A stretch of DNA of 64,000 bases, taken from assembly GCA_963666055.2 (NCBI GenBank), contig CAXWPH010000015.1, forward strand, positions 1,376,001 to 1,440,000, read 5' to 3'. The translations under genes and the position numbers were made by a program. The notes below the pieces were generated by a model. That model made no database searches, was not told where the DNA came from, and was given only the letters and a program-made list of their open reading frames with translations. Below are positions 38,432-48,400 of this stretch, piece by piece. The DNA comes from Acidobacteriota bacterium. GTDB taxonomy: Bacteria > Acidobacteriota > UBA890 > WLXD01. The stretch's first letter is position 1; each line of letters starts with the position of its first letter.

Positions 38432-39887
38432 ACGCCCTCCGCACCGTGGGGGCAACTGCGGCTCCGGCGACGGTGGCACTCGCCCTGTTTGTTGCCCTGC
38501 TCGGCCCGCCCCGTGCCGACGCTCATGTGGGTAGCCCGAATGTCTTCTTCGAGGGAATGGCGGGGCCCTATCCAGTGCGGGTCATTATTCGTCCGCCGGG
38601 TGTCGTGCCCGGCCTCGCCGAGATCGCGGTCCGGCTACAGGCGCCAGTAGACGCGGTCAGCATTCGCTTGTTTCGCTGGGATGTCGGCGAGCAGGGCGCG
38701 CCGCCGAGCTCTACTCGGCCGCGCTCTGGTTGATGACCACTGGGGCACACAGCGTCGAGGTAACGGTGCAAGGTCCCGAGGGCGAGGGTCGTGCGCTGGT
38801 GCCTTTCGAGTCGATCCGCCGCGAGATATTGGAAATGGAGCGCGGGGTTGCGGCCATGCTCGTCGGCATGGGGCTGTTCCTGTTCGTCGGCGCCGTCACC
38901 ATCCTCGCTGTCAGCGTGCGCGAGAGCACGCTCGCTCCAGGAGAGAACGCGGACGCCAGGCGCCGCTGGCGTGGGGCGGTCGCGGCCGCTGTTGCCACCA
39001 TCCTGTTTGCCGCCATGCTCTGGTTTGGCTGGTATTGGTGGAGTGACATCGATGCGGCCTACCGGTTGGCTATCTTCGAGCCCATGCCGACCACGGCGAC
39101 GGTCGAGACCATTGCCGGGGCAGCAGTGCTCGATCTGGCGATCACCGACCAGCGTTGGATCGATGGTGGTTGGTCGCCGCTGATCCCCGACCACGGGAAG
39201 CTCATGCACATGTTCCTGGTGCGCGACGACCTCGGCGCCTTCGCCCACGTGCATCCGGTACCCGCCGACGATTCCAGCTTCCGGCTGCGGATGCCGCCTC
39301 TACCGGAGGGTAACTATCGACTCTATGCCGACATCGTGCACGAGAGTGGCTTCAGCCAGACCTTGGTCAACCAGATCGAGCTGCTGTCGCCGGCTGCCGA
39401 GGTAGCTGAGCCAGGTGCTACACCCGTGCCGGGGGAGCTGCCTGCGGTCGATCCCGACGACTCATGGACGGTAGGCCTCCACAGCGGTGACGCCGTGCTG
39501 TTCGATGACGGCACGGAGGTTGAATGGGTGCGTCCCGCTGGCCCCATCGTGGTAGGCGACGACCTCACGCTCGAGTTCCAGGTACGCGATGGAACCGGGC
39601 AGCCGGTCGCGCTCGAGCCCTACATGGGCATGCTGTCGCACAGCGCCATCACACGTGAGGACGGCGCCGTATTCGTTCACCTGCATCCGACCGGCAGCAT
39701 CTCGATGGGGGCCCTCATGGTGGCAAGCGAGCGCCTCAATGTGGCAACCGACCACATGGCCCCCCGCGTGCCGGGCCGCGTCGCCTTTCCCTACGCCTTT
39801 CCTCGGGCAGGGACCTATCGTGTCTGGGTGCAGGTAAAGAACGAAGGCCGTGTCTACACAGCCGACTTCGAGATGACGGTCCAATAG
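38428..39887 (+). pseudogene. Exported His-rich, two-TM putative copper-binding protein, frameshifted near 38706
   Basis: GTG start overlaps the upstream stop (GTGA); signal peptide ADA|HVGSP; frame change GAPP/ELYSAALWLM; two TM helices; DHGKLMH, HVHP, PYMGMLSH, HLHP. Confidence 0.75.
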
Positions 39888-39945
39888 CAGGCCGTCGCGT
39901 GCCCCTGCGCGATACGTCTCATGCCAGACGTCCCCTTGGGGGCAT

Positions 39946-39967
39946 GGGGGGGGGGGGGGGGGGGGGG
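39946..39967 (+). repeat. 22-nt poly-G tract
   Basis: Direct count; possible sequencing artefact. Confidence 0.85.
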
Positions 39968-40047
39968 CGCTGCTAGGTTTCCGGCGCAACGCGACGTCGT
40001 GACGTGAGGATCACGGGTCGCGTGATTCCAACCTAGAGGAGATCCGC

Positions 40048-40792
40048 ATGCGTCATGCTGTGCCCCCCAAGCCGCTCGTGTTTGCAGTTTTCGCCTTGAC
40101 GCCGCTGTCGATAGCCGCCGGTCTCGCCTCGCTTTCGGGTGCGGCCGTTGCTGAACCACAGACGAGCTCCAGCCTTCGCCGGGAAGGCACGACTGTCCAC
40201 CAGCAAGCTCGCAATGCTGTGATGCCGCAGCTGTTGCGCAGCCAGCGCGCCACGGCGGGGCCGAGGACACCGGAGAACGAAACTGTCTCCACGGCCTACG
40301 GGGAAATTCGGCGATTTGACACGGTTCGTTCCAAGGACGTGAATCAGATCAGCTTCGGGCTCAAACACACCGCCGTCGGGTGGCGAGGCGGACCTGTGGA
40401 GCTGCGGCCACATCGGCAACAAGGAGCGCGACGGTGACCATTTCTCGCTCGTCGGACCCGGCTTCAAGGCGCCGGTGAAGATCACCGTTCAGTCCGTTGA
40501 CTTCATCACTGGCCAGGTCACCACGGTCGACGAAACCAAGGTCAAGGCCGACAAGAAGACTGGGCTGTGGTTCTACAAGTGGTCAGGCGACCTTCCCCCC
40601 GGCACAGAATCCTTCCTGGTCATCTCCGCCAAGCCCATGGGCGGACGCATGCTCGACGCTGGCACCCATTTCAGCAGCGCCGCCATCGTCCACAAGCCGA
40701 TCGACGACTGGCTCGCCGACTCTTCCGTTTCCATGCCGCTGTTACTGCAGACAGTGGCACGTGCGCTGAACGGCCCAGGGGTCGGGCGTTGA
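40048..40792 (+). pseudogene. Unknown exported protein split by a frameshift near 40385
   Basis: RBS AGGAGA plus signal peptide; the reading continues in another frame as DLWSCGHIGNKERDGDHFSLVGPGFKAPVKITVQ. Confidence 0.5.
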
Positions 40793-40943
40793 GCACCGCT
40801 GCCGGGCATCATCAGCGCTGGGTACGAATCGTCAGGTCCACCCAGTAGTCGTCCGTTGCACCGAGGGCGTGCCGTTCTTGACGAAGGAGCACGGCGCCTG
40901 GAAGCGGGGACGAGGTCGCCAGTGGCGTACCAGCCGCGGTGGA

Positions 40944-41309
40944 TCAACGCCGGTGCGGGCCGGTGAGCTGTTCGTAGGCTTCCTGAACCTCTTTGAACTT
41001 CTCGGCGGTCAGCTCCACCAGCTCCGGTCCGAGGTGTGTGACGCGGTCTGGATGGTACTTGCTGGCAAGATTGAGGTAGGAGGCACGGACCTCATCGTCG
41101 TCGGCGCTCGGGTCCAACGCGAGGATCTTCAACGCCTTGCTGCGCTCACCTCGTTGCCTCGGGCGTGCGCTCCGATGGCCGGCGCCCTGTTGGCCTGGGG
41201 GCGAGAAAGGACCATCGCCGGCGCGCCGCGAGCCGAACCCGAAGATTCGGTCGAGGATCCGGAAGAACATCCAGACGAAGACGAGCGAGATGATTGCTCG
41301 TAAGAACAT
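40944..41309 (-). CDS. Membrane-anchored J-domain protein (DjlA-like C-terminus)
   Basis: YHPDRV..EKFKEVQEAYE; N-terminal TM helix. Confidence 0.82.
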   Translation of the reverse strand: MFLRAIISLVFVWMFFRILDRIFGFGSRRAGDGPFSPPGQQGAGHRSARPRQRGERSKALKILALDPSADDDEVRASYLNLASKYHPDRVTHLGPELVELTAEKFKEVQEAYEQLTGPHRR

Positions 41310-41376
41310 CGGTCAACAATATCCTTGCTTGAAACTAGCCGTTCGCATCAGTAGCAAGAGGCGAATGGTCATCGGC

Positions 41377-43107
41377 TCAACGGTTGATCTCGTAAGCGTG
41401 CCCGGTCAGTTGCCAGCGCACCATCGACACCGGGATCACCCCCACCGCGGCGAACTCGTCCATGAAGCCTCTTAGCGAGAATTCGTCGCCGCGCTGGATT
41501 GCACGCTCTGCCAGGAGCCGCTCGATCTCGATCTTGCCGATCAAGTAGCTGGTGCCGTAGCCGGGTTGCGTGAGGTAGAAGTGCTCCTCGCCCTGGATCG
41601 TATCGCCGTCGGCCGGTAGCCAGCCACGCGGCACCCACTCAGAGGCGAAGTCGCAGGCCTCCTGATGGGTCCATTCCTGCCCGTGCTGCATCAGGCCGCC
41701 GAGGGCCCGGGCGGCGCGTTGGGCCAGCAAGATCCAGATCAGCTCACGGGCACGAGGCTTATCGTCGAAGGCGCCGGCGTGCATCATCATTTCCTCGACG
41801 CCCGTGGCCATTCCCTCCGAACGTCCGTCGTAGATGTTGAACAGCGACGGGACGCGTCGAATCGGGCTCTCGTGCGGCTCCTCTCGCATCCTCGCCAGGT
41901 CGAACCAATGGTAGCCGTGCGTGCGCATGACCTCACCGTTTCGATATTCCACCTCAGAGAAGAAGCCGCGCAGGCCATCCGGCCTCGTGGGCGGCGCGAA
42001 TCTGCCGATCCGCTCGCGCAGCGCGCCATCCATGTAGTCACGGATCGTCAGGATCTCCTCCTCTTGAAGGAAATCCATGTATTCGGTGACCGCCGCGTTG
42101 AGCGCGGCGTCGTATTCCTCGGCGTTCTGCATACGCGTCAGCTGTGGCAGGTGGCGATTGCGGTTCTCCACCAGTCGCAGGCTGGCGTGGGCGCGCCACA
42201 GCTCGCGCCGCATCAGCGTCACTTCTTCTTCCCAGGTATACGGAACGAGGTGCACGTTGTTCAGGTACCAGGTGTAGTGGTCTTTGCCGACACCCGATAT
42301 TCCAGTTTTCGACGGAAGCTCCCCCTCGAGCCACTGAGCGAAGCGATCGGTCGCGGCAATCGCGCCCAGCACCGTCGTGTCGAGCGCCGCGCTGGTGCCA
42401 GCCACGTCTTGTCCGAAGCTCGCCAGATCGCCACTCTGGCCGCGCACCGAGCGGATGCCCAGACGCCACAGGTCGTGGCCCGCACCCACGAGGTTGCCGC
42501 GCGCCTGTTCCAGCAGGGGCGGGATCACGCGGATTCGCTCGGTGAGCTCGGCGGCGGCGGATGCCGAAAGCGGATACTCGTAGGTCCAGGTGTCGATCCA
42601 GCCGTGGATAACCGGCCCCTCGTGCGCCGGCACGTCGGACTCCTCCGGGAAGAGCATCACGTAAAACGCCGGGTTGTTGGCCCACGGTCGGCGCACCCGG
42701 TGGTCGAAGTCGAGGCCGTTCAGCTCCGCCTTCACCAGTCGCCAGTCGATCTGTTGCTCGACCGGCCAGCCGGCGGGCTCGATGGCGTCGAGGCGCTCGT
42801 GGTAGGCGCGCAGCTCGCTCTGCTGCTCGGCCATGGCTGCCGCCGTGTAGTCGGGAACACCGTCGTCGAGCCGCGGCGCCGCGAACTGTCTCCACTCTTC
42901 AAACAGCGTCAGCAGGGCTCCGTAGTCGTCCTGGGCGCCGGCCGCGGCCGGCATGGCTGCACCGGCCGCCGGCATGGCTGCGCCGAGCACGAGCGTGCCG
43001 ATGAGGACGGCGGGCGCGAAACCCGCACGCGCAGAACGGAGCTCAGCTCTCACGGTTGCCTCCAGGATCGTGTCTCGGATCGCTCGCAACGGAGCTGTGT
43101 GTCTCAT
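41377..43107 (-). CDS. DUF885 family exported protein
   Basis: DW..AELNGLDF..RPW, PGYGTSYLIGK, FMDEF..GVIP; ATGA-coupled to the upstream paralog. Confidence 0.78.
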   Translation of the reverse strand: MRHTAPLRAIRDTILEATVRAELRSARAGFAPAVLIGTLVLGAAMPAAGAAMPAAAGAQDDYGALLTLFEEWRQFAAPRLDDGVPDYTAAAMAEQQSELRAYHERLDAIEPAGWPVEQQIDWRLVKAELNGLDFDHRVRRPWANNPAFYVMLFPEESDVPAHEGPVIHGWIDTWTYEYPLSASAAAELTERIRVIPPLLEQARGNLVGAGHDLWRLGIRSVRGQSGDLASFGQDVAGTSAALDTTVLGAIAATDRFAQWLEGELPSKTGISGVGKDHYTWYLNNVHLVPYTWEEEVTLMRRELWRAHASLRLVENRNRHLPQLTRMQNAEEYDAALNAAVTEYMDFLQEEEILTIRDYMDGALRERIGRFAPPTRPDGLRGFFSEVEYRNGEVMRTHGYHWFDLARMREEPHESPIRRVPSLFNIYDGRSEGMATGVEEMMMHAGAFDDKPRARELIWILLAQRAARALGGLMQHGQEWTHQEACDFASEWVPRGWLPADGDTIQGEEHFYLTQPGYGTSYLIGKIEIERLLAERAIQRGDEFSLRGFMDEFAAVGVIPVSMVRWQLTGHAYEINR

Positions 43108-44738
43108 CGAGAAGATTCCGGCCATAGCTCGTTGATCTCGTCGTCATGCCCGGTCATCTCCCAGCGGATCAGCGACATGGGGATCACCCCTGCGGCATAG
43201 AACTCGTCCATGAACTGTTTGACGGTGAAGTCGTCGCCCAAGTGTTGCGCTCGGTCGCGTAACAGCTTCATGAAGTGGACCTTGCCGACCACCATTTGCG
43301 CATGCCAGCCGACATGCACCAGGGTAGTCTGCATCTCACCCCACAAATGAGGGCTGTCATCGAGCAATTCTCCGTGCGGCGCATTCGCCACGGCATACTC
43401 CATCGCCTCCGTCAGGCTCCAATCCCGACTGTGCATATACACGTCTGCGAGCGCCCGGACGGTGCGAAACGCCGCCTGCTCGTAGGCGACTTCTCGTGCT
43501 CTGCGCGGCCGCTCGTCGAGATAGCCTGCGTGCATGAGTAGCTCCTCGAAGGCGAACGCCAGTCCCTCCAGACGGGCGACCGCCATGTCATAGGGCCCCT
43601 CGTGCTCTCTGGCGCCCCGAATAGGCCGGTCGTCGTGTCCGGCTCTGAGCAAGTCGAAGTGGTGCCCCACCATCTCGTGGGTCTCTTCCATGAGCGATTC
43701 GCGGTGCGAAAAATTGAAGAAGTAGTCGTGCCTTTCGGGCCATGGGCGGCGGGTGGCTCGCAATCGACCCTGCCGATAATCGTCCACCACGATGTAATCC
43801 TGAACCGTGAAGATCTCGTCGTCGCGGATGAAGCTCATGACACGTTCGAGGGAGCTCAGGACGCTGCGGCGACGCTCCTCCTGCGACGCCACGGGGGTGA
43901 GCGGCGGAAGATTGCGATTGCGGTTTTCCTCGAGCTTCTGGAACGTGATGACGCGATTGTCCTCAAGCTCCACGATTGTCCGAATCTCATCCCAGGTATA
44001 GGGAAACAGATAGACGTTCTTCATCATCCAGTTGTAGTTTTCGATTCCGAGCCCGGCTGAGGCGGTCATCTCGCTCCGGTTTTCCTCGAGCCAGCCGAGG
44101 TAGCCGTCGATGGCGGCCCTAGCTGCCTGGGCATCGGGTAGGAGATCGGGATGGTATTCGCCTAGCTGGACGATGAATTCCGCCAAGCGATCATCGCCTT
44201 GCTCGAGCTCATGAATCGCGAGGATCGCCAGGTCACCGGGTATTCGGGATAGGTCGCCGCCACCGAGATTGCCTTTCGCCTGCTCGTAGTATTCCGGGAC
44301 TGCCCGCAGCCTCGATTGAAACTCGGCAATGCGCTCACCCTCGATAGGCAGGCCGGGGAGCCTACCCAGGCCGCCCCTGCCGCCGGCGTAGAAAGCGGGA
44401 TCACGCACCCATGGACGCAGAACCCGAAGCTCGAACTCGAGCCCGTTCATCTCGGCACGGACCAGGTGGTAGTCGACCTGATCGGCAACCGACCAGCTGC
44501 CTATGTCGATCGCCGCCAGGCGACGCTGAAAATCCTCTAGGTTGGCAAACCGGGTCTCCATGGCCGAACCGTAGCCGGATAGATCACCGCGGTACTCGTT
44601 CTGCGAGAAGCTGCGAAACTCCTCGAAGAGGCCTGAGAGATCTGCGTAACCAGCACCCTCTTGCCCGGAGACGTCGGAGTTGAGCCCGGCGAGGAGGAAG
44701 GACAGAAGAACAACTCCGGGAACCGATACGCGTTTCAT
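43104..44738 (-). CDS. DUF885 family exported protein (tandem paralog)
   Basis: DYHLVRAEMNGLEF..RPW, HEMVGHH, FMDEF..GVIPMSL. Confidence 0.78.
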   Translation of the reverse strand: MKRVSVPGVVLLSFLLAGLNSDVSGQEGAGYADLSGLFEEFRSFSQNEYRGDLSGYGSAMETRFANLEDFQRRLAAIDIGSWSVADQVDYHLVRAEMNGLEFELRVLRPWVRDPAFYAGGRGGLGRLPGLPIEGERIAEFQSRLRAVPEYYEQAKGNLGGGDLSRIPGDLAILAIHELEQGDDRLAEFIVQLGEYHPDLLPDAQAARAAIDGYLGWLEENRSEMTASAGLGIENYNWMMKNVYLFPYTWDEIRTIVELEDNRVITFQKLEENRNRNLPPLTPVASQEERRRSVLSSLERVMSFIRDDEIFTVQDYIVVDDYRQGRLRATRRPWPERHDYFFNFSHRESLMEETHEMVGHHFDLLRAGHDDRPIRGAREHEGPYDMAVARLEGLAFAFEELLMHAGYLDERPRRAREVAYEQAAFRTVRALADVYMHSRDWSLTEAMEYAVANAPHGELLDDSPHLWGEMQTTLVHVGWHAQMVVGKVHFMKLLRDRAQHLGDDFTVKQFMDEFYAAGVIPMSLIRWEMTGHDDEINELWPESSR

Positions 44739-44763
44739 AACCACCTCCAGCGCCTTTCGATGA

Positions 44764-44871
44764 CCGCCTCGGTGCCGGCGGGATTGCGAGACAGTGTATC
44801 GAGCCAAGGACACCAGGCTGAGGCGCGAGGTGGCGCTCGAGCTGAAGCGCCTCGTGCCGGCGGACCCTTAA
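44764..44871 (+). pseudogene. Collapsed Ser/Thr kinase gene with 5' and 3' ends joined
   Basis: LGAGG..VYRAKDTRLRREVAL fused to ELKRLVPADP*; last 33 nt match 30157-30189 at 30/33. Confidence 0.8.
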
Positions 44872-44969
44872 CGAATGGCGCCAGTCGGCGGGGCTGTTAG
44901 TTTCTTTCTGTTGACAACCTGGTTCGCAATAGGGACGCTCCCGCTTGTACACAACGAGGGAGGTTGCCG

Positions 44970-45371
44970 ATGAAGAAGCTCGTTCCCGCTTGGCTCGCCG
45001 CAACGATCACGGCGTTTGCCCTGTCTCTCGTCTGGCACTTGCTGCTGATGGCAGATTTCTACGCCGACCATGCTCAGGCCGTGGCCAGGGCAGAGCCCGA
45101 CTTCAGATTCATCATCTTGGGCTACATCGTCCTCGGCCTTCTCATGGCGATCGCCTACCCAATTGGCTACAAGGGCGGGTCTCCGATCGCCGAGGGGTTT
45201 CGCTTCGGTGCCCTCTTCGGCCTCATTTGGATCCTGCCCTGGTCCTTGATCATCGTCGGGATCTGGAACGTGTCGTTTGCGGGAGTCGCAGTCGACGCTG
45301 TCTGGCACGTCGTCGAAGAGGGAATCGCCGGGATCGCCGTTGCATACGCCTACGGGAAGTCAGGATCCTGA
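44970..45371 (+). CDS. Small four-TM membrane protein (DUF1761-like)
   Basis: Four hydrophobic helices, WH, EGFRFG; RBS GGAGG. Confidence 0.6.
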   Translation: MKKLVPAWLAATITAFALSLVWHLLLMADFYADHAQAVARAEPDFRFIILGYIVLGLLMAIAYPIGYKGGSPIAEGFRFGALFGLIWILPWSLIIVGIWNVSFAGVAVDAVWHVVEEGIAGIAVAYAYGKSGS

Positions 45372-45443
45372 GATCCGGCTGGCCGATAGCCTAACGAGCG
45401 GACGTGAGCCGGAACACCACGGCCAGCTAGCCTAGGAGGAGCC

Positions 45444-48400
45444 ATGCGTCGCCCAGTTGCCGGTGGCCGAGGGGTGGCTCGAAGCGTCGCGATACCGGCT
45501 CTGATCCTTCTTGCGTCGCTGTCCTTCGCCGCCGACAGCGACTGGGATGTGACCGATACAGGACAGCCCTATATCGACGCTGAATTCACCGTCACGGAGG
45601 GCACATGGATGAGCGTCGACGTCCATCCCGACGGCGGGAGGATTCTGTTCGACCTGCTGGGTGATATCTACAGCATCCCTGAGGCAGGCGGTGAGGCGAC
45701 GCTGTTGCATGGTGGGCCCGCCATGCAGATCATGCCGAGCTTCAGCCCGGATGGCGGCAAGATTCTCTACCTGAGCGATGCAAGTGGTAGCGACAATATC
45801 TGGGTGTCCGATGCAGATGGCTCCGCGGCGCGCCAAATCACCAACGAGACCATCGACGTGCTCGCCGGGCCCGCCTGGGATCCTGGCGGCGAATATGTTG
45901 CTGCCGCGAAGCGATATGGGGCATTTCCGATGGTACGAGCATCGGAAATACGACTGTTTCATCTCGATGGCGGCAGCGGGCGGCTACTGGTCGAGACCCC
46001 GGCGAACCAGAGAGATGTGCACGAGGCCGAGTTCTCGAGTGACGGGCGTTTCTTTTACTACACCGAGCGGGTCGGAAGCCCGAGTATTTTCGTCGATGCG
46101 AATCACGCGGGCTTCGCGATAAAGCGTAGAAATCTAGCCAGCGGGGCGACGGAGGAGATTCTGCGTGGCCTTGGTGGAGCAACGACTCCGCAGGTGTCGC
46201 CGGACGGCACGCGAGTGGCGTTCATTCGGCGAGTCAAAGCGAAGACCGTGCTGTTCGAGCTCGATACAGAGACCCGGCAGCAGCGACCGATCTACGATGA
46301 TCTCGACCGCGACGCCCGCGCCGACTTCATGCAGCAGAGTGCGTACTATCCGCAATTCGACTGGTTTCCCGACGGCCGTCATGTAGCGATCTGGGGCAAG
46401 GGCAAGCTTCTGAAGATCAACATGGATACGGCGGCAACCGAGGAGATTCCGTTCCGCGTTACCGCCCGCCACCGTATTACCAAGACGGCTCGCTTCGAGA
46501 TCGAGCTGGCGCCGGAGCAGACCATCGTGCGGGCAGTTCGTCACCTGGCGCCGGCGCCAGATGGCAGCGCCATTGTGTTCAATGCCCTGGGACACTTGTG
46601 GCAACAGACGCTGCCTGAAGGAAAGCCGAGTCGGCTGACCGATACCGCCGCGTTCGAGGCGGAACCGGTCTATTCGCCGGATGGCGGCTCGATTGCTTAC
46701 GTCGAGTGGGACGACGAGCGCGGCAGCTCGCTGAAGGTGATTGCCTCTGGCGGCGGGAGCCCCAGGACCGTCGAAAGCAGCAGCGGCGTGATCCGGCAGC
46801 CGGCATTTTCGCCGCATGGGGAGCGACTCGTCTATCGAGTCGAGGCTGCCACCAAGCATATGGGCGGCTATCGCGCCAAACCCGGGATCTATTGGGTCTC
46901 CGTTGCCGACGGCGAGAGCCATTTCGTTGCCGAACGGGGCTTCGCGCCGACCTTCTCGCCGGACGGCCAGCGCATCTTCTATTCCTATATCAGCTCTGAC
47001 GGCGCCGGCGGCTTCTACTCCACGGCGACTCGTGTGGGCAAGTTGGAGAGCAGCAACCTGGACGGTTTCGATGTGCGCCAACATGCCTTCGGCACAGACG
47101 TTCTGGAGCTCACGTTGAGCCCGGATCTGGCTTGGCTCGCCTTCAGCTACCACAAGCAGTACTACGTGATTCCCTATCGGGAAACGGGCGTTCCTCTGGA
47201 GGTCAGTATGCACAGCAACGCCATGCCGGTAGCAACGCTGACCGAGTACGGCGGCTACGACCTCGTCTGGAGCGCCGACTCACAGACCGTTCAATGGACG
47301 CTGGGATCGTCCTTGTATCGTGCTTCGGTTGCCGAGCAGTTCGCGGCCCCAGCGGCACCGGCCGCGTCAATCGACCTGGTCGTACCGACCGATGTGCCGG
47401 AAGGTGTGCTGGCCTTCACCAACGCCCGCCTCATAACGATGAACGGCGACGAGGTTATCGAGGACGGCACCGTTGTCGTCGAGGGGAATCGCCTCCGGGC
47501 GATCGGCGACAGCGATGAGATCGCGATCCCCGAAGGGGCGACGGTCATCGATGCGAGCGGCAAGACAATCATGCCGGGCCTGGTCGACATGCACGGCCAT
47601 ATCGATTGCTGCTATGCGCCCGCCGATCTCATGCCGCAGAAGCAACCGCGCCGCTATGCGGCGCTCGCCTACGGCGTGACGACCAACTTCGATCCGTATT
47701 CGACCGACATGCCTGCCTACGCCATTCACGAAACGAACTTGGCGGGCATTACGGTCGGGCCGCGAGCGGTTAACGTGGGAAGCGTCGTATACGGGCGCTC
47801 ACAGAAACCCGACTTCGTGTACGCACCCATCAACGGCTTTGCCGATGCGCAGGCAGTCATGGTTCGCAAGACTGCTCTAGGGGGCGTGATCGTCAAGAGC
47901 TATAAGCAGCCGATGCGCAGCCAGCGTCAGCAGCTTGTCAAAGCCGGCCGCGACGCCGGGATCATGGTCGACGTCGAAGGCGAAAGCCACTTCTACAACA
48001 ACGTGTCGATGGTGCTGGACGGTCATGTTGCTGTGGAGCACAACTTTCCGGTCGCCAACTACTACGACGATCTTGTCCAGCTGTTCGCCCATAGCGAGGT
48101 TGCCCACACGCCGACCCTGGTCGTTGCCTTTGGCGAGCTGTTTGGCGAGAACTTCATCTATCAGACCGAGCGCGTGTGGGATGACCCCAAGGCAAGGACG
48201 TACGTCCAGAGGGTAACCGCGGGTTACAGCCCCATAGCCACTCCCGCCGGGGCCCCGCCTCATGTCCGGGGAATGACCACCATTCACGTGGCGGACGAGC
48301 TCTGGGACATCGGTTTCAGGGCGGTGTCCCGCTCGATGAAGAAGCTCGATGATGCCGGCGTGTTGATCAACGCGGGCTCGCATGGGCAGACCGCCGGATT

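Noticed and set aside
37280-39887. Calling the pair bona fide pmoCAB/amoCAB (methanotrophy or nitrification)
   Set aside because: Similarity is limited to motifs and topology; there is no separate PmoA, no HxH in the first domain of the partner, and no supporting pathway genes in the window.
39946-39967. Poly-G as a phase-variation switch or G-quadruplex
   Set aside because: Intergenic, and long G runs are a common sequencing artefact; cannot be supported without reads.
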